Shown here piece after piece: positions 1-14,242 of a DNA stretch of 64,000 nucleotides. A program made the translations under genes and the position numbers. The DNA comes from Vicugna vicugna (taxonomy: Eukaryota). The notes below the pieces were generated by a model, which made no database searches, was not told the DNA's origin, and saw only the letters and a list, made by a program, of their open reading frames with translations. How positions within the stretch are numbered: position 1 is the stretch's first letter; each line of letters begins with the position of its first letter. The DNA is taken from the NCBI GenBank assembly GCA_013265495.1, contig MU057416.1, positions 366,545-430,544 of the forward strand, given 5' to 3'.

Positions 1-1124
1 TGCTGAACGGAGAACGTTTGTTTCATATTGTTTGTCCACGAACAGAACAGTCAATGTCTTAGTTCTCCAACAAACATGGCAGGTTGAGACAGCATCTAAA
101 AAGTGCTCAGTTCTGGGTTCATTCCACCAGTCCTGAAGATAAGGGGCTTCTCATTTCCCTGACCTCGGAAAAACTATCCTAGAACACCAAGATTTTCATG
201 GTGTTTGTGGAGCAGCTGCCAACCACTGCTGGCTCCCATGGCTCTAAGACCAGTCAGCCAGACGGCCGCAGACCACACGTGTGATTCTTCAGCTGGGTCC
301 CCCCCCCGTTCAGCAGGACTTCGGAGTTCGGACGAGACCTTGATGCCTTGTCTCGTTAAACCTGCTCCAGTAAATCTGACTAAGGGAACCTGACTGCACA
401 GCTCCAGGAGCCTTACTCGCATCAGCATCTGTATCCACAGTGCCTCCTGGAGTTGTTCCTATGCAGCAGCCTCTGTGGCCGCAGGTGACAGCTCTGCACA
501 CCTCTGAAAATACCTTTTGGAATTCTGAATTGTTTATTCAATAAATTAGATGCCTGCAGCTTAACGATGTCCTAAATGTAATAGGACCTTGCCAAGGTTT
601 AAATGAAAGATTGAATTAGCAGGGCCTTCAGTGGATACAAGCCAGACCATATAGAGGGACAAGAGCCATCGCACACATTGTGGGGGCCCGGCAAGAGCGG
701 AGAGTAATAAATTATTTTCTGGCAAGTGGAGAAAGAATGGTGAAGGGAAAATACAAACAGAATTCGGATAGCGAAGTGTTTGCTGGTGTAGGAAAATTAA
801 CTTTTACTTTGTAGGAAGCATTTTCTTTTTTAAGTTTTTAGCTCACTTAAACCCCTGGTTGGGAGTAATCCATCAGTTTTGTTTTTCTTTTAAGGCCTCC
901 TGTCTTTCAGTGGGACACAAAGGCTCTGTTATTAAGACCATTCAGTCTCATAAGTCATTCTTTCCAGCAACAAAGCGGATTTGGTCTATTGCAAATGAGT
1001 GAACCCGAATTTATACAACTCCTATATGTCTTTATATTTATACGGCCTCGGCCATTTTCAATAAAGAAAAAAGTGAGACTACGAAGCTGACTCTGAAGCT
1101 GAGCCTGTCTCTAGGGCAGGGGCC

Positions 1125-1270
1125 TCTCTGGTTCTGGGTCACCTGAGAATCTGTTAGAAATGCAGGTTCTCAGGCCTCACCTACTCAGCAGAAACTGGGC
1201 AAGGAGCCCAGCAATTATATTTCAACAAGCCTTCCGAGGAGCCCGATACAGCGAAAATTTGGGAGGCTTT
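1125..1270. mobile_element. MER5A-like hAT-Charlie DNA transposon fragment
   Basis: tcacctgagaatctgttagaaatgcaggttctcaggcctcacc...tttcaacaagccttcc resembles the recalled MER5A consensus. Confidence 0.7.
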
Positions 1271-1736
1271 GACCCAGAAAATCTCTGGTCATCAAAATGT
1301 TTCTTTACTAATTAAATTGCAAGCAAGAGTCTCGGAGTATGTAGGTAAAAGAAATTTTCACTTCTTTTTAATTTCAACATATCTGCTCTAAAAGTGTTTT
1401 GTTACTTTTCCAAACTCACTAGCAGTGAGAATCTCTCATATCCCCTTCCCCCTCGCACGCATATTATTTATTACCAGCGACAAGTCTTCACCATCATTAA
1501 AAGATGCATGTGCAGAAACAGAGCCTTGTCACTCTGGGCTGCGAGGCCCGTTTTTTGTGTCCTGCAGAAACACCGGCCTCGCAGAGCTGTTCTTCACTGG
1601 GTACCTGCAAGTTCTCTGTGCAGAGTTTCTACTGAAGTTAGTGTGAAGAACCGGCATAACTCATGCCGCAGTGAGATGGGAGAGGAGGAACGCAGCATGT
1701 TCGGCCGCGCGCTGCGCCGCCAGGGGCAGGGCCTGA

Positions 1737-1755
1737 GGGCGCCACCTGGCGGGCA
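1737..1755 (-). promoter_or_regulatory. CTCF-binding motif
   Basis: Minus strand reads TGCCCGCCAGGTGGCGCCC, close to the CTCF core (TGGCCACCAGGGGGCGC); lies in a small CpG-rich patch. Confidence 0.65.
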
Positions 1756-4304
1756 GGGATGCTGTCTGCATCCGGCGGGTGAGGCCAAGGAGGCTGATGA
1801 AGACCTTACAGTGGGTAGGAAATCTCCACGCCCAAAATTACCTGGTCCCAAATATCAATGGAGCCTCTGTTGAGAAACCTTGGCTTAGAGAAAGATAAAG
1901 TCCTATTTAGTGAAATTGAAGTTGGTCATAGTTACTGTAATTTCCACGTCATCCATTTGGGAAACCAAAGCTTCCATCACAGTTGTGTAACCCTGGGACA
2001 GGAATTAAATTCTCTTTCTTATACTCAAAATCTCCACTTCTGCACCAATCCTCAACCTGTGAAGAGAGCTTTCCTTCTCAGTGCAGGAAACACAGTAATT
2101 ATTACAGACCAGCACTGAATCCCCTGTTAGGAGCTAACATTTTTGCAACAGCATTTTGAGTTTTGTGGCACGTGCTCCTGTGAATGTTATTTTGTTAATC
2201 AACTTTTTTTTTTTCCTGAAAAATGTTATTTACTTGAAACAAGACCTCATCTTGAAAAAAAGAAACAGTCTTCATCACCTACATATGTATTGCTCCTAAC
2301 AAGACTCCCTTAACATTCCATTTCTCTCTCAGTTGCCTTTGTGACTGAACCCCATCCGTCAAGTATTTCATCAGGTTGATAAACTACTAAAGCATAGCCC
2401 AGTCCCCCCCCCAAAAAACAAAACTATTTTCGATTAGTAAACATCTTTCAGTGTATCTTTCAGCATCTCTGCCAACAGCTCTGAACGTGTTTTCTCAAGG
2501 GCACGTGGTGACCTTTTCCCTTTGTCACCAAAGGATGCTCTAGGCTTCTCTGGCTAGAGTCGCCATTCAGAATTTAACAGAATTGTGCGACAGGGAATTT
2601 AACAGTGGACAAACGTTGCTGTGCATGTGTGATTTACTGGGCAGTATAAAGAGCAGACTGGGGATATCGTATTTTAGTGCAATCTGACTTGAATTGTCAG
2701 GGAGCTGCCTCCCTGGGCGCCCTCTGCAGACGGCAGACAAGTGACACACGGCTGCGGGCCCTGTCCCTGGAGACCCTCGAAGAGTCAACCTGAAGCCTGA
2801 CTAACCCTGCAGTGTTTGTTAAGAGCACATATACACACTCCTATAGACTCTGACGTTAGCTGGGGGTCTGTTCACGTAGCAGGAAGACAAGAATCACCAA
2901 GTTGCATCATCACAGAACAGCCTACAGTGGGACCAGGAGAAATCGATGCGTTCATTCTCATGTGTGCTCATTCCTTTTTTGATTTAGACAAGAACATTTT
3001 TCCCTAAGTCTGCATTCGTGATATTACACTGCTCTATGTTTTTTATACTATTACTTAAACTATGACAACTACAGAGACATACGTGTTCTTTAAAACCATT
3101 CCAGGGGAGGGACTGTCCCTGAATATCTCCAGCCACACCATGCTCAGAAATGAACGTGGACGTGTGAGGAGGCGCTCAGAGATGCAGTCTCCTGTTAAAG
3201 CCTGCTCTTTGTTACCCAGGAGCACCCAGCTGTGCTTTGAACAAGGGTCAAAGGCCAAGCAACTAGTGTTAAAAAAAAAAAAAGGTAAAAAGTATGGATA
3301 AAAAAAACAAACAGGAAAAAGGAAAGTAATATATGGAATTGCCAGAGACAGGGATGGAGTCAAGTGGGATGGGAAAGTGGGGGGCAGAGACGGCCAGGAG
3401 AGGGACCCAGCGGGTAACCCCGACTCCTGGAGGCTGGCTGCCCTGGGATGCTCGGAAGTGCCCTCTTCCCAGACCCTCTGCTTAAGGAGCTGTGTCTTCA
3501 GCTGCCCGGCTGCAACAGCTGATTCGTTTGGCACCACAGAAACAGAAATTACAGCTTTCAACCCTCCATTTCTTCCCTCCGACCTCTAATCCTCCAGTTC
3601 CAGTCTGTCTGACCGCTTGACAACGTCGCTGTTCTTGTCTTGTCTGTTTTTCTTTTTTTTTTTTTAATTAGTGAAGCTGGGGGGGACCACTTAAATATGC
3701 TGACCACACAGACAACAGTAGGCTCCCTGGAAACTCTTGATGAGAAAAAAAATCCTGCTGGGAACATAAAACGGCAAGAGAACACACAGGACCGAGTCTC
3801 ATCGCTGAGACTGTCATGTGTCTTATTAACAGCCATCATTTACCTGGAGGTCTTTCTTTAAAACCTGCTAAGATTCTTCACGGATCTCATGGAAGGATAT
3901 TTATTTTTTTCAAAGGCTCACTGATCTACTTTCACATGTGTGTTGTTTGGTTGGGCCCCTCAAAGGCTTCACCGTTGCCTTTCATATTTAAAAAGAGTAA
4001 GGAGGAAGGCTATTATTTGAATACAGAGCCTTCAGTGACACCAAGATACTTATTATAACCGCCCTGATGAGACGGTGCAAACCTCCCACGGCTCCCTGCC
4101 TCCTCTAATGTGTGTGTCGGCGTCCTGCCGGATGGTGTGCCTGAGTGACGTGGCACAGACTTGATGAAAGGACGGTAAACAATGCGAATTATAAAAGACA
4201 TACGTGAATGAGAGGAAGAAAAGGAAGCCGGGGGGTGGGGAGAAGAAATTATCTTCAGCAGGAAGAACAAAGCATTGCAAAGGAACCAAAAAGCAATGAC
4301 GTAC

Positions 4305-4385
4305 CTGAATCCTGCCCTCAATTTAGGGCGTAACTGTGCTCTTTGGAGTGTCGGTCTTTGGAGACATAGCTTATTTCTTCAACGT
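4305..4385 (-). other. Candidate 81-nt internal, probably untranslated exon
   Basis: Minus strand acceptor catcttcactgccagtcccacag| and donor CAG|GTACGT; stops in all three frames. Confidence 0.35.
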
Positions 4386-5119
4386 CTGTGGGACTGGCAG
4401 TGAAGATGGAGATTGAATGGCCTTCAGTGTCCTTTATGGGTTTGTTGGTAATTTTGCCAGGATCCCTGTATAAAACAAAGATATTATGTAAAACTCAGGC
4501 CATGCTAAGCAAATTAGCTAAAATTGATTTTTATCCTCTTATGGAAGTGTTTTCCATTCCAAATATCTGTAGACATCTGCCAACTTTTCACATCCTAAAT
4601 CCTCCCTTTTCTAGGGCTACTAAGTTCCCCCAGAAAACATTGTTTTGAGGCGTCCCCCAAAATAAGGCTTGTCCAGTAATAACCGAGACCTCTGAAGAGA
4701 GAAAGCAGTTTGCCTACCGTCACGTCACTGACTGACTGTAAGGATCAGCTTCCCTTTGGATGTGCTTCCCGTGTGTAAAGTGAGTTTAAACCTTTAAATG
4801 CTGAGTCCAATTGCTAAGTAAATCTAGATTTTATTCCCAAACACGTTAAATACATTTTCTCTATTTGTTATCTAATTTCTCTAAAGAGACTAATTTTTCT
4901 ATCTGAATAATACTGCTCCATTTCTGCCATTCTTCTCGTCTCTGATAAGAGTTGAATTTTCCAAAAAGGGAATATTGAATATGATTAAGCAACGTGGTTT
5001 CTTCCCTTTCAGTTAAGCTCCATGAAGACCAAGCTAAGGTGATTCTCTGTCTTTCCCCTTTCTGCTCCTGAGTCAGAGAATCCTGGTATTTTGTCTTAAA
5101 AAAAAAAAACAAAACACCG

Positions 5120-5460
5120 TAAGAGACGCGGTCTCGAACTTGAGCTTGGCGGCCCCCTCGAGTTTGACGAGCGCTCCCTCCTTAGGCGCGCGTTTCTGTC
5201 ACTCGCACTTTAACAGCGTGTGTTTTCTGTCCGCGTGACGGTGAGTTTTCTTCCTGTCCTGTTCGTCTGGGCTCCGGGGCACCTGGGCTGAGGCTCCGCC
5301 AGGAGGCACGGCTGAGGGCCTGTGAGGGACCGAAGCGTCCCGGGCCCCCCGCTATTCCCCGGCCCCGGCGGGCGGGCCAGCGGCCTGGACACAGCTCGCC
5401 CCGTCGGGCTGGGGCTTTGCCTCACGCGGCTGCTCTCTGCAGGCCCGCTTCGCAGGAGAA
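5120..5460 (+). promoter_or_regulatory. Small CpG-rich island with plus-strand splice donor (candidate antisense first exon ending 5240)
   Basis: CpG-dense stretch; ACG|GTGAGT at 5240/5241. Confidence 0.4.
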
Positions 5461-5714
5461 TGACTAACAGGGGGAGAAAGCGTTCATCTGAATACGCATT
5501 CAGCTATCCTTCAGGACCTTTAAAACCCCAGACTCAGATTTAACGTTACAGAAGGTTGAAATATTCCGAAAAGTCCAAGAACGCCTTGATCGACTGGTCT
5601 GAGGCGTGGTCATTCCACGGCTCTTGGGCGACCCATTTTACCAAATCCACCAGGGACTTCCTGTCTCTGTGAATGACACTGACTTGCTCCTCATGTGAAA
5701 TTTAAAGTTTTATT

Positions 5715-5880
5715 CTTCTGTAGAGCACAGGGAACTACATTCAATATCTCGTAGTGACCTATAACGGAGAACAAGGCGAAAATGAATATATGCGTGTATA
5801 TGTATGACTGACACATTGTGCTCTACACCAGAAACTGACACATTGTGACCGACTGTACTTCAAAAAAAAAGAAGAAAAAA
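5715..5880 (+). mobile_element. 5'-truncated L1 3' end with A-tail
   Basis: ctgtagagcacagggaactacattcaatatctcgtag...tgtacttcaaaaaaaaa; homologous to other L1 3' ends in the window. Confidence 0.85.
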
Positions 5881-6303
5881 GCACACATACAACGAAGTGG
5901 AGCGCGCCCCCAGCCCAGCCCCCGCCCCACACTCACATTACGTCAGCATTTTGGAGTCAGTGCTGCCTTTGTAGGTTAATCCCCAATTTTCTGTGATTAG
6001 CAAAACTTCTCATGTGATAGACAGAAAAATGGAGTCTCAGAGACTCACTCACTCGAGTTCAGCGTGGCTGAGTGTGCGTAAAAAGTCGTGCTCCCAGACT
6101 CCCCAAACGGTGCTCCGAATCCCATACTCCCTTTTCGTAGCCAATAAGTGGGCGCTTGGGGCACTTAGATGAGTTTTAGACCACGAATAAAATATCAGCT
6201 TTCTTCATTCGTGTCATAAACGCCCTGCGTTTTGATTAGGTTGGTAAGGATGAGACTGTATCCTGTCACAAATGCTGCTGTAGAATGAAGAGCCTGTATG
6301 AAA

Positions 6304-6480
6304 CTTTTTTTTTGAAGTATAGTTGATTTACAACATTCTGTTAGTTTCTGGTGCACAGCATAGGGATTCAGTTGCACATTTATATATATATATTATTTTT
6401 CATATTCTTTTTCATTATAGGTCATTGAATAGGGTTCCTTGTGCCTGTACAGTGGGACCTTGCTGTTTACCTGTTTTGTG
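6304..6480 (-). mobile_element. 5'-truncated L1 3' end
   Basis: T-run then gaagtatagttgatttacaacatt...gttagtttctggtgcacagc. Confidence 0.85.
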
Positions 6481-9400
6481 GGAAACATTCTAATGGTCAT
6501 TGGATTTACCGAATATTCTCTTTTTCTCTCAGTCGTCTTTTGTTCAATGATGAAGTCAATTTTTAGTTTCTTTTGTCTGCTATTCTTATTAACTCAAGAA
6601 TGTTAAGAGGAGCAGGGGCTTGGAAGGAGTGGTAGAGCACAAAAGTGTGTTCTCAGTCTGTAAAAAATTTATTGTCAGTTCTCTTCATTAAGACTTTCCC
6701 AATGCAATGTCCTGGTCTGCAGCCCTTGATGGCTACTATTAACTGAATTTTAACCTGTTAATGGTCAAAATTTTGCCAACACATCTTAAGCCCATTCGAA
6801 GGATTCCGCAAGTACTGAACCTGTCTGTGAAGAACAGAACACTATTGAATGGGTCGGGCTGGGGATGTCAGTGGACCCCATTTGAGATGGAAGTACTTAC
6901 TAAAGGTTTCCATGGAGCTCTTAAAGCCTAGGGTATTCGAAGAAAGCAAAATTCTATCAAATGGTCAATTTAAATCTTGCAGAATTACCCTGCTTAAAAA
7001 TGGCCCCATGGTCACTTTTCTTACACAACTGAATTGGCTTTGCATGGTGAATGAAACTAAAGAAAGACAAAGAGACCCCGAAGTTAAAAATCTAAGAAGG
7101 CAGATGGGAGACGCTCCCTCCTTTGCATGAAAAGATAATTCTAAGTGAAAACTCCAAACTTTCTCTTTCCCTCGCTCTCTCCTCCTCTCCTGCTCTCCCT
7201 CTCAATTTATTTACAATATAGCATCACTTGAAGGTATGTTGTAAATGAATTAATTCCCACATTCATTTTGTGATTTTTTTTTTTGGCACACATTTTTCTT
7301 TTCATCTCCATAAGTTACCCTGGCCTATAGGAATTTAGGGAGGAAGGGAAGTATGACCTTTCCTTAGGAAATGATGGTCTTTCTTTGTTTCCCAGGCTTT
7401 GCACCTACACACTGCCCGGCGCGGCGTGGGGGCCAACCAGACAGCTCTCGCTGTCAGATCCCAGAGGCACAGTGGAAACCAAGGGCCCTGGGCTCACAGG
7501 CTAAAACTTGCATGCTTGGCAAGGCTCAGATGCCATGGCTTGAATCTCTAATAAACCGTTTGCTGCCTCTCCAGTAATGATACCCCGGGGCTGCTGGGAG
7601 GGGATTCTCTTTATAGAAAACATACTCATAAGGATTTAATAGTATCTCTCTGAACCTTTTGATTTAATAGAGTTTTTTTTTTTAAACTTTCCCCTTTGTT
7701 TCGCAGACCCTGTGATGTGAGCCAGTGTTAATTCTCTATGCAGCAGTAGGATGTGATCAACCTCTCTCCTGAGCTCAAGACTCTTTCTCCTTTTTAGCCA
7801 TGTGCTTAAAAAAAATAAAAAATAAAATCTCTTGCCACTGAATGTCTTTTTACAGACTGAAAAGACTTTTAGGTTAAACAACATTTGCGAGGGGTTTTTG
7901 ATGCAATCAAATGCAATTTCAAGCTCCTTGAAATATGCAGCCCGGCCTCCCTAAAATTGCACATATGTGCCAGTTCTCAATTTTTCTCACTAGTGTTTTG
8001 CACATGAAGTCTATTTTCACTGGGAAAATGGAATCTTTGTGTCTTTGTCTCTGGGAGCGCTTTCAGGCACCCTCTGGCAGGGGCTTGACTGTCGAGGCAC
8101 TGGGGGAGGGGCCTGGCAGGCATTTGTCAGATTTTCTTGCATCTGTAATTTCTGGCCATTCAGCAGTATTAGGGGGTCTTAGAAAGGGGGCGAGGAGGGT
8201 GGAGGGAGCGCTTGTCACTGAAGAAAGCCAAACTCCGAGTAGCTGCCTGAATTAATGACCAAGGAGAGAGGGGGGCGTCTGAAGAACTTTAATTGTGCTT
8301 CGATGGAAAAGAACTTGGGGGCGATGGCTAATCCACCACACTGCACGTGGTAGCACTTTCCGACCTCTGCTTCGAGAGCCCCTCTCCACGAGTCAGGAGC
8401 GGTTTCTCTGCTGAGGGCTTGGCATCGGCTCGTGGAACTATTTTCATTTTCCACCCAGTGGCTTCTGGTTATTTCTGCCCTCATTTCCTCGTAGCATAAC
8501 TGACAGCCCGATTACACATCTGCAGGGTTTAATCTGGATTTTCCCCCCATCGCTATTTTGCTTTTCTTCTAAAACTTCCAGATGTTTTGGCTCCTTCAGG
8601 ATTTGAGTGCATGCAAGGATATTTGCTCCTATTTCAAAGACAGGAGCTCGATGGGCTGGCCAGATGTTTGCAGAGGAGGGGGAGCCTTGCAGTGCCCACT
8701 AACCAGGTCAGTGCTTTTGTCTCTTTATAGAGGCACTTACTCTAGAACAAATCTTACTGTCCTTTAGCATTTAACTACTTGAGTTGACCTTTGAAACGTT
8801 TCTCTGGGCTATTAGAGTTCCGAATTCATGCTGTGATCTGTTAATTAATTGTCATGTCCAATGAAGAAAGTATCTCAGTGTCTGGAGACAGGAAGAGACA
8901 CTGCTGTGATTTCTTCTTCTTATTATTATTATTTCTGTCTTTACTTTTTTCTGTGAGTTATACATTGTCAACTACGTGAGGCAACAATATGTTCTAAGTC
9001 AGTTTCCAGCTCTGTACCAACATTAAAGGAATCATCAATATCTCGTCTTGTCTGGACAAGAGTTAAAAGAGTCTCAAATATATTTCAAGAAAACCTGCTC
9101 CCCATAATTAATAACAGGAAGCCGGGTAAACAGAGAGTTGCTGACAAATGAAACTGAAACAGTTACACATACACAGAAACGTGGGAACGGGAACAAGGCA
9201 GCCCCGTGGAGTCGCCCCCGGGAGCCGCTGGTCTCCATGTCTTCATGCCGTCGTCCCAGAAAGTCCGGAGGAAATGATGATTCACGTTACATTTCCAGGT
9301 CATTTCTGGCCATTTCAACACATGCTTGTTGAGTGCAGTCGTTTCTCCCACGCTTAGTGCTTGGAAGTGATCTCAGGCTATTTATGCTCTAAAGATTAAG

Positions 9401-12400
9401 GCAGAAAACCATTCTTCCCCAGAATATAGAGTTTCCAGTGGCGTACACATGAAGGAAGACAATCTTTTCTCTTTTTAAAACGTTCTTATGAGAGTTTTAA
9501 GCCCGCCCTTGCTGCACACTTTTGGAAATGAGAGCCCCTACTGGGCTCGTTCTGATGTAGGTAAGGTGGCTTGATGAGGGGTGGTGGGGCAGATGCTCGA
9601 GGCCTCAGGCACCTGAACGCAAGTCATCAACCGGACGGACCTGACGGCCGGCGGGGCAGCTCGGCCTGCTCGTGCTTACGGCTCCAGTCCAAGCACTGTG
9701 TCTTTACCTCCCAGCCGCTCCTCAGGGAGGGGGCTGTCTGGGCTCAGCACAGACCTGGACAGCAGCAACCTGACGGGACGTGCGGTTTCCCTGCTTCTTA
9801 GAAACAGTGAGCTTGTTGTGAATTTTTTTTTTTAACAAAGTTAATCTCTTAATTTGCAGTTAATTTTTGTTATGAGTGGCTTGATCCTTTAAGTGAAAAA
9901 ACTTTATTACATTTGAAAGGTGACTATCTGAGGACTGTTACATGTAAAATTAAGCTTCATCAGATGGTCATTTCTGGTTTTACGGGATGAACAGGAGAAT
10001 AGGAGAATGGGCAGAAGTGAGGAAATGCATTTGGTTTGTGATGTACTACACTGCAAATTAAAGGATGGGTTTTGACTATTCTAGTGTAATAAAAAGAAAC
10101 CCAAACAGTGTCACATAGACAGAGATATGGGCCTTCCTGGTAAGCTCCCAATAAGTCACATCTTAAGACTACAAAAATGAGAATGCAAAGTGTGCTGGGT
10201 ACCAGGCTCGGGAGGATGTTGCATGCACGTAACTGACTTCAAAACTGCAAGCCAAATTTATTCTTTTCTTAGCTAAACTGCAGTAGATATAAATTTGCAC
10301 TTTCATAAAATTATAGTCAGAGCTGATTAAGTCCAAAATTAAAGGCAAATATAAATTGTTTCTTGTTTGATACATACATGGATGAAGAACAGTAAAAAGG
10401 ACACACTTTATCTCCCAAATCTTGTATCTGTGGTGGAATCTGGAACCCGCCAAATAAATATCTTAGTTAAAGAAACAGTTGAGCTGGAGTGAAGCTTTGT
10501 TAATTGTAACCTGAAAGTAAGACATTTTCTAAACCACAAAATGTTAGGGAGTTTGTAGATGAGCAAGAAAGAAGATAATGATTTAAAGTGGTTACATTTA
10601 AAGTGTATGTGCTTATGAGGACTTTTGTTCAGTATAAGATGGACTATACATCTTTTTTTATTGTTGGGCGTGTACTATTCAGCGTATTTTTTGTAAGAAA
10701 ACATTAAGTGAATGAATCCTAACGCACAAGAACCATCATTACTACTCTCTTTGTGAGATCTCTTTGTAAAGAAAAAGAAAGCCCTACAGGTCTGGTCCCA
10801 TTTACAAACCGATGCTTTAGAAAATAGAAAATATTTTTCCAAAATGCTTTGGGTAAGAATCTTCTTGGAAGACTTTTTATAAACTTACTAGCCATAAATG
10901 TTACAATGGAAACAATGACAAAAATTTTTTAAAAATAATCGTTTTCACAAGCAGACTCTATTGCACAGTCAGGTCGTGATATTTAAAGATGCGCTCGGCA
11001 GTGTGTGTCATAAAGACAGTGTGGATGGTACAAGTTGCACCACGCAGCGAAGGTCCCAGAGCTGCCTGCTGTCTGGTCACTCTTACTCCTCAGGTAGGTT
11101 CGGTTGGACGGAATTACCAACACCTGGTCACAGCAGTATTTCCCCGCCTTCCTTTGACCCCATCCGAGCCCAGAGTCTTTCTAAGAACTTGATGGAGAAA
11201 ACCTGGTGTGTTTATTAAGAGAACAATGAGCTCAGGTCAGAATGGCCAAAGAGTCAGTAAATCCTCCTGCTTGTGTAGGAAACAGCTTAACTAAAATTTC
11301 TTAAAAATGAGATCTGGAAGCAAAAAAAAAATATATATATATAGACATGGACCTTAGTATAACAACACTGGCATCAGATCAATATTTCGAACAAAGAGCT
11401 AAAATCTTGACAGCAAACTTAGGAGTCAGACCTCTGTCGATGTTGTAATGGCACCATCTTGGTTCAAGCGGCTTGCGAGGGTCTGAGCGTCACTCTCCTG
11501 TCTGCTCATCACGTAAATCTGTGCTCGGTGGCTCTCTGGTGCTCTGTTTTCCAGCTTCTATGTGCTTTCTTACGAACCTGCCAGGAAGAACTGGTCACCT
11601 ACTTCCTGACTTCTGCCTTTTCCTTCTTCTGTTTTTATGTGTTTGTGTATTTATTTTTGTACTTACTCCTTTGTCTTTTTTTCTAAAAAGGTATTTCAAA
11701 GAGATAAAAGAGACGGATATGAATGGAAACTGGTGTTTCCGGATTACTGGGTGACGCCTGCCTTCTCACAGCTTCCGTGAGCGTTAGTTTAGTTAGTTAG
11801 TTAGTGTTAGTTGCTGCCGTCTCACTGATAAATACGTGAATTTCCAGTTCGAGCCGGGGAATTTCTGTTGTGATGGTTAGGGGTGAGCACTGTTGGCTAG
11901 GAAAGAGTTGGGGGTATCGGTACGATTTTTTTTTTAGCAGAGAATTGAGCAGATTTCAGCAGAATCCTCCCTGCTCTTTCTTAAGCCTCATTGCTCTGAT
12001 CAAAACTTCAAGACCACTCCACGCTTCTCAAAACAAGGGAGGTCTTCCAAGCTTCAACCAGGTTTCTGGAGATTCTTTGTCTTGCTTTTTCACGTGCTTT
12101 CAGTGCCACATCTCAGTCTATTTCCTGTCATTGTCACCGTCCTAAACACTGCAACTTGCAATGCACACGGAACCCATTGGTGGAAAACCTATCATCTTGT
12201 TAATAATGAGTTAGCAGCAGAAATTAGTAAGATTGAAGAGCAGTTTTTAAACATGTACTCAAGCATGAATAAACGATGGTCGTGATGAAAGCCACACAGA
12301 AGTGACAGTTAAAATTGTATTTGTGGTATAAATCTAGGTCAGCCCTGGGCAGTGTATGGTCTATTAATACTAGGAATGCTGATTCTTCTGTAACAAACAA

Positions 12401-14242
12401 CAGAAAGTGTCTAAGAGACAAAGATTAACCTGTTCTTGCTTGGGGTCTTACACTGAGAGCCCAGGGGTGAGCTCTCTGCCCCCAGTCAGGATTCTTCTCT
12501 CTTTCCTTCCTTTTCTTTGTCCCTAACCCAGCAGTTTCATATCTTCCTTCTTCAGAGGAAACCAAATTTGCTTTGCTGGAGGGGAAATTCTGTTGATAAA
12601 TTTTAATTTTAGAAAGTAAAAGCATGGAGCTTGTCTTGCTTGTTGAGCAGGTCAAGTGCAATTCATCCATCATATATTCAGAAGCTGGGAAGCTGATTCA
12701 GCTCTGCTTTGCAAAAGCCGCAGACATTTAAGAATAAAAGAATGGTTTAAGTTTGAGTTGCATTTTTTTCTGTTTAGAATTTGAATGATGTTGCTGAAGG
12801 GACTTCCAAACTGTTAAGAGAAACTGGATTTGCTTGTAGGTACCTTAGAAAATCTAAGCCTACATCACGAATTTTGTTGAATTTTACTGGTTTCCAGATA
12901 AAAGAATCACTGAAACTTTAAAAACATGGTACATAAATTCTCCATGGGAGGAACTGAGTGCAATGTGCACACGGTTTTAGGAACTGATGATGACAATTTG
13001 ACGCTTCTCTTCTGCATGGAATACAGCGTCCCTGGAGGGTTCAGCTCCTTCTGGAGAGGAGCGGCAAACAGGTACGTCAGACGGTACATGCAGAGTAGGA
13101 CGCACGTCCGCTCCGCCCGCCTCTGCCGGGCCTTCAGCCCCTGACCAGCAGCTCCGCTCGCGTGAGCAGGGGGTGTGCCCGCTTACTTGACAGAACCCAC
13201 TGCTTCCCTGGCGTCCGCGGGTCACAGGGTGGCAGGAGAATCAACGGCTAGTTGTACATCTGAGAAAAATAGACTTATCGAATGGGAAAACCACACTTTT
13301 TTTTTCTTTTTGGTATGTGTTCCACTTTGTCTTATAAATTCAGGGACAGCAAACAGTGATCAAGCCAAATTTGCTACATGAGTTGAAATTATCATTTCAC
13401 ATAATAGAAATTCTTCCTTTAGCAATGCTCATTAAGCAAAGCCATTCAACATTTATATTCCCTTCAGTATAATACACCACTTTAATTGTATATGGTGCCA
13501 CAATTTTTTTCAATAATTAACTCTCACAAAGTTAATACTGTGCAGAGTATGAAATTATTGTCAATACAACATAAAAAAGAATTTATTTTTTATGTTATAT
13601 TACTAAATTTCCATGTGTAATTTCAGGAAGAATTATTTGGAATTTGATTATGGGCTTAAAGCTCTAGGAGAAACTATTTCTAATGTGAATTTTTGGTTTC
13701 ATAACCGCAAATATTTGAGAGATTTGTGACCTTGAGTGTCAGTGCATTTTTTGTTAATGGGGTTATAAAATTCGGGGCCTTGGGACCTAACAAAACTACC
13801 GAATAACCATTTCATCGTACCCTCTCTTCTGTGCTGTGTACGTGTCAAAAACAGAACAGAACAACATGAAATGGAAGACACAGAGGACAACGCACTCCGG
13901 TTTCTCCTCCTACGTCATCTTTTGAAAACATGTAAGATGTGTGCCTGGCTTCCAGACAGTCCAGTTCACAGAAAAGCAGGTGTGGGCAGCTCAGCGACTC
14001 GTGATGGGATACATTATTCTACCCCACCGACACGGGGTCCACACACACTCGTGACAGCACCTGCTAAGACGACAGGACAAGTCACTTGTTCCCCTTAGTG
14101 GCTGCATAAGAATGTGAACGATTTTCATTGCAAGGAGGCTTAGACACCATCTAACCAAGGAGGCTATTCCCAAAAAAATGCAGCGTCATCTTGAACACCC
14201 GTAGTGACTGTACTTCCACAGAGCCTGCTCCCTCTGTGTTTT

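Noticed and set aside
11691..11751. Plus-strand coding exon after a pyrimidine tract
   Set aside because: Weak donor, no recognisable peptide and no consistent neighbouring exons
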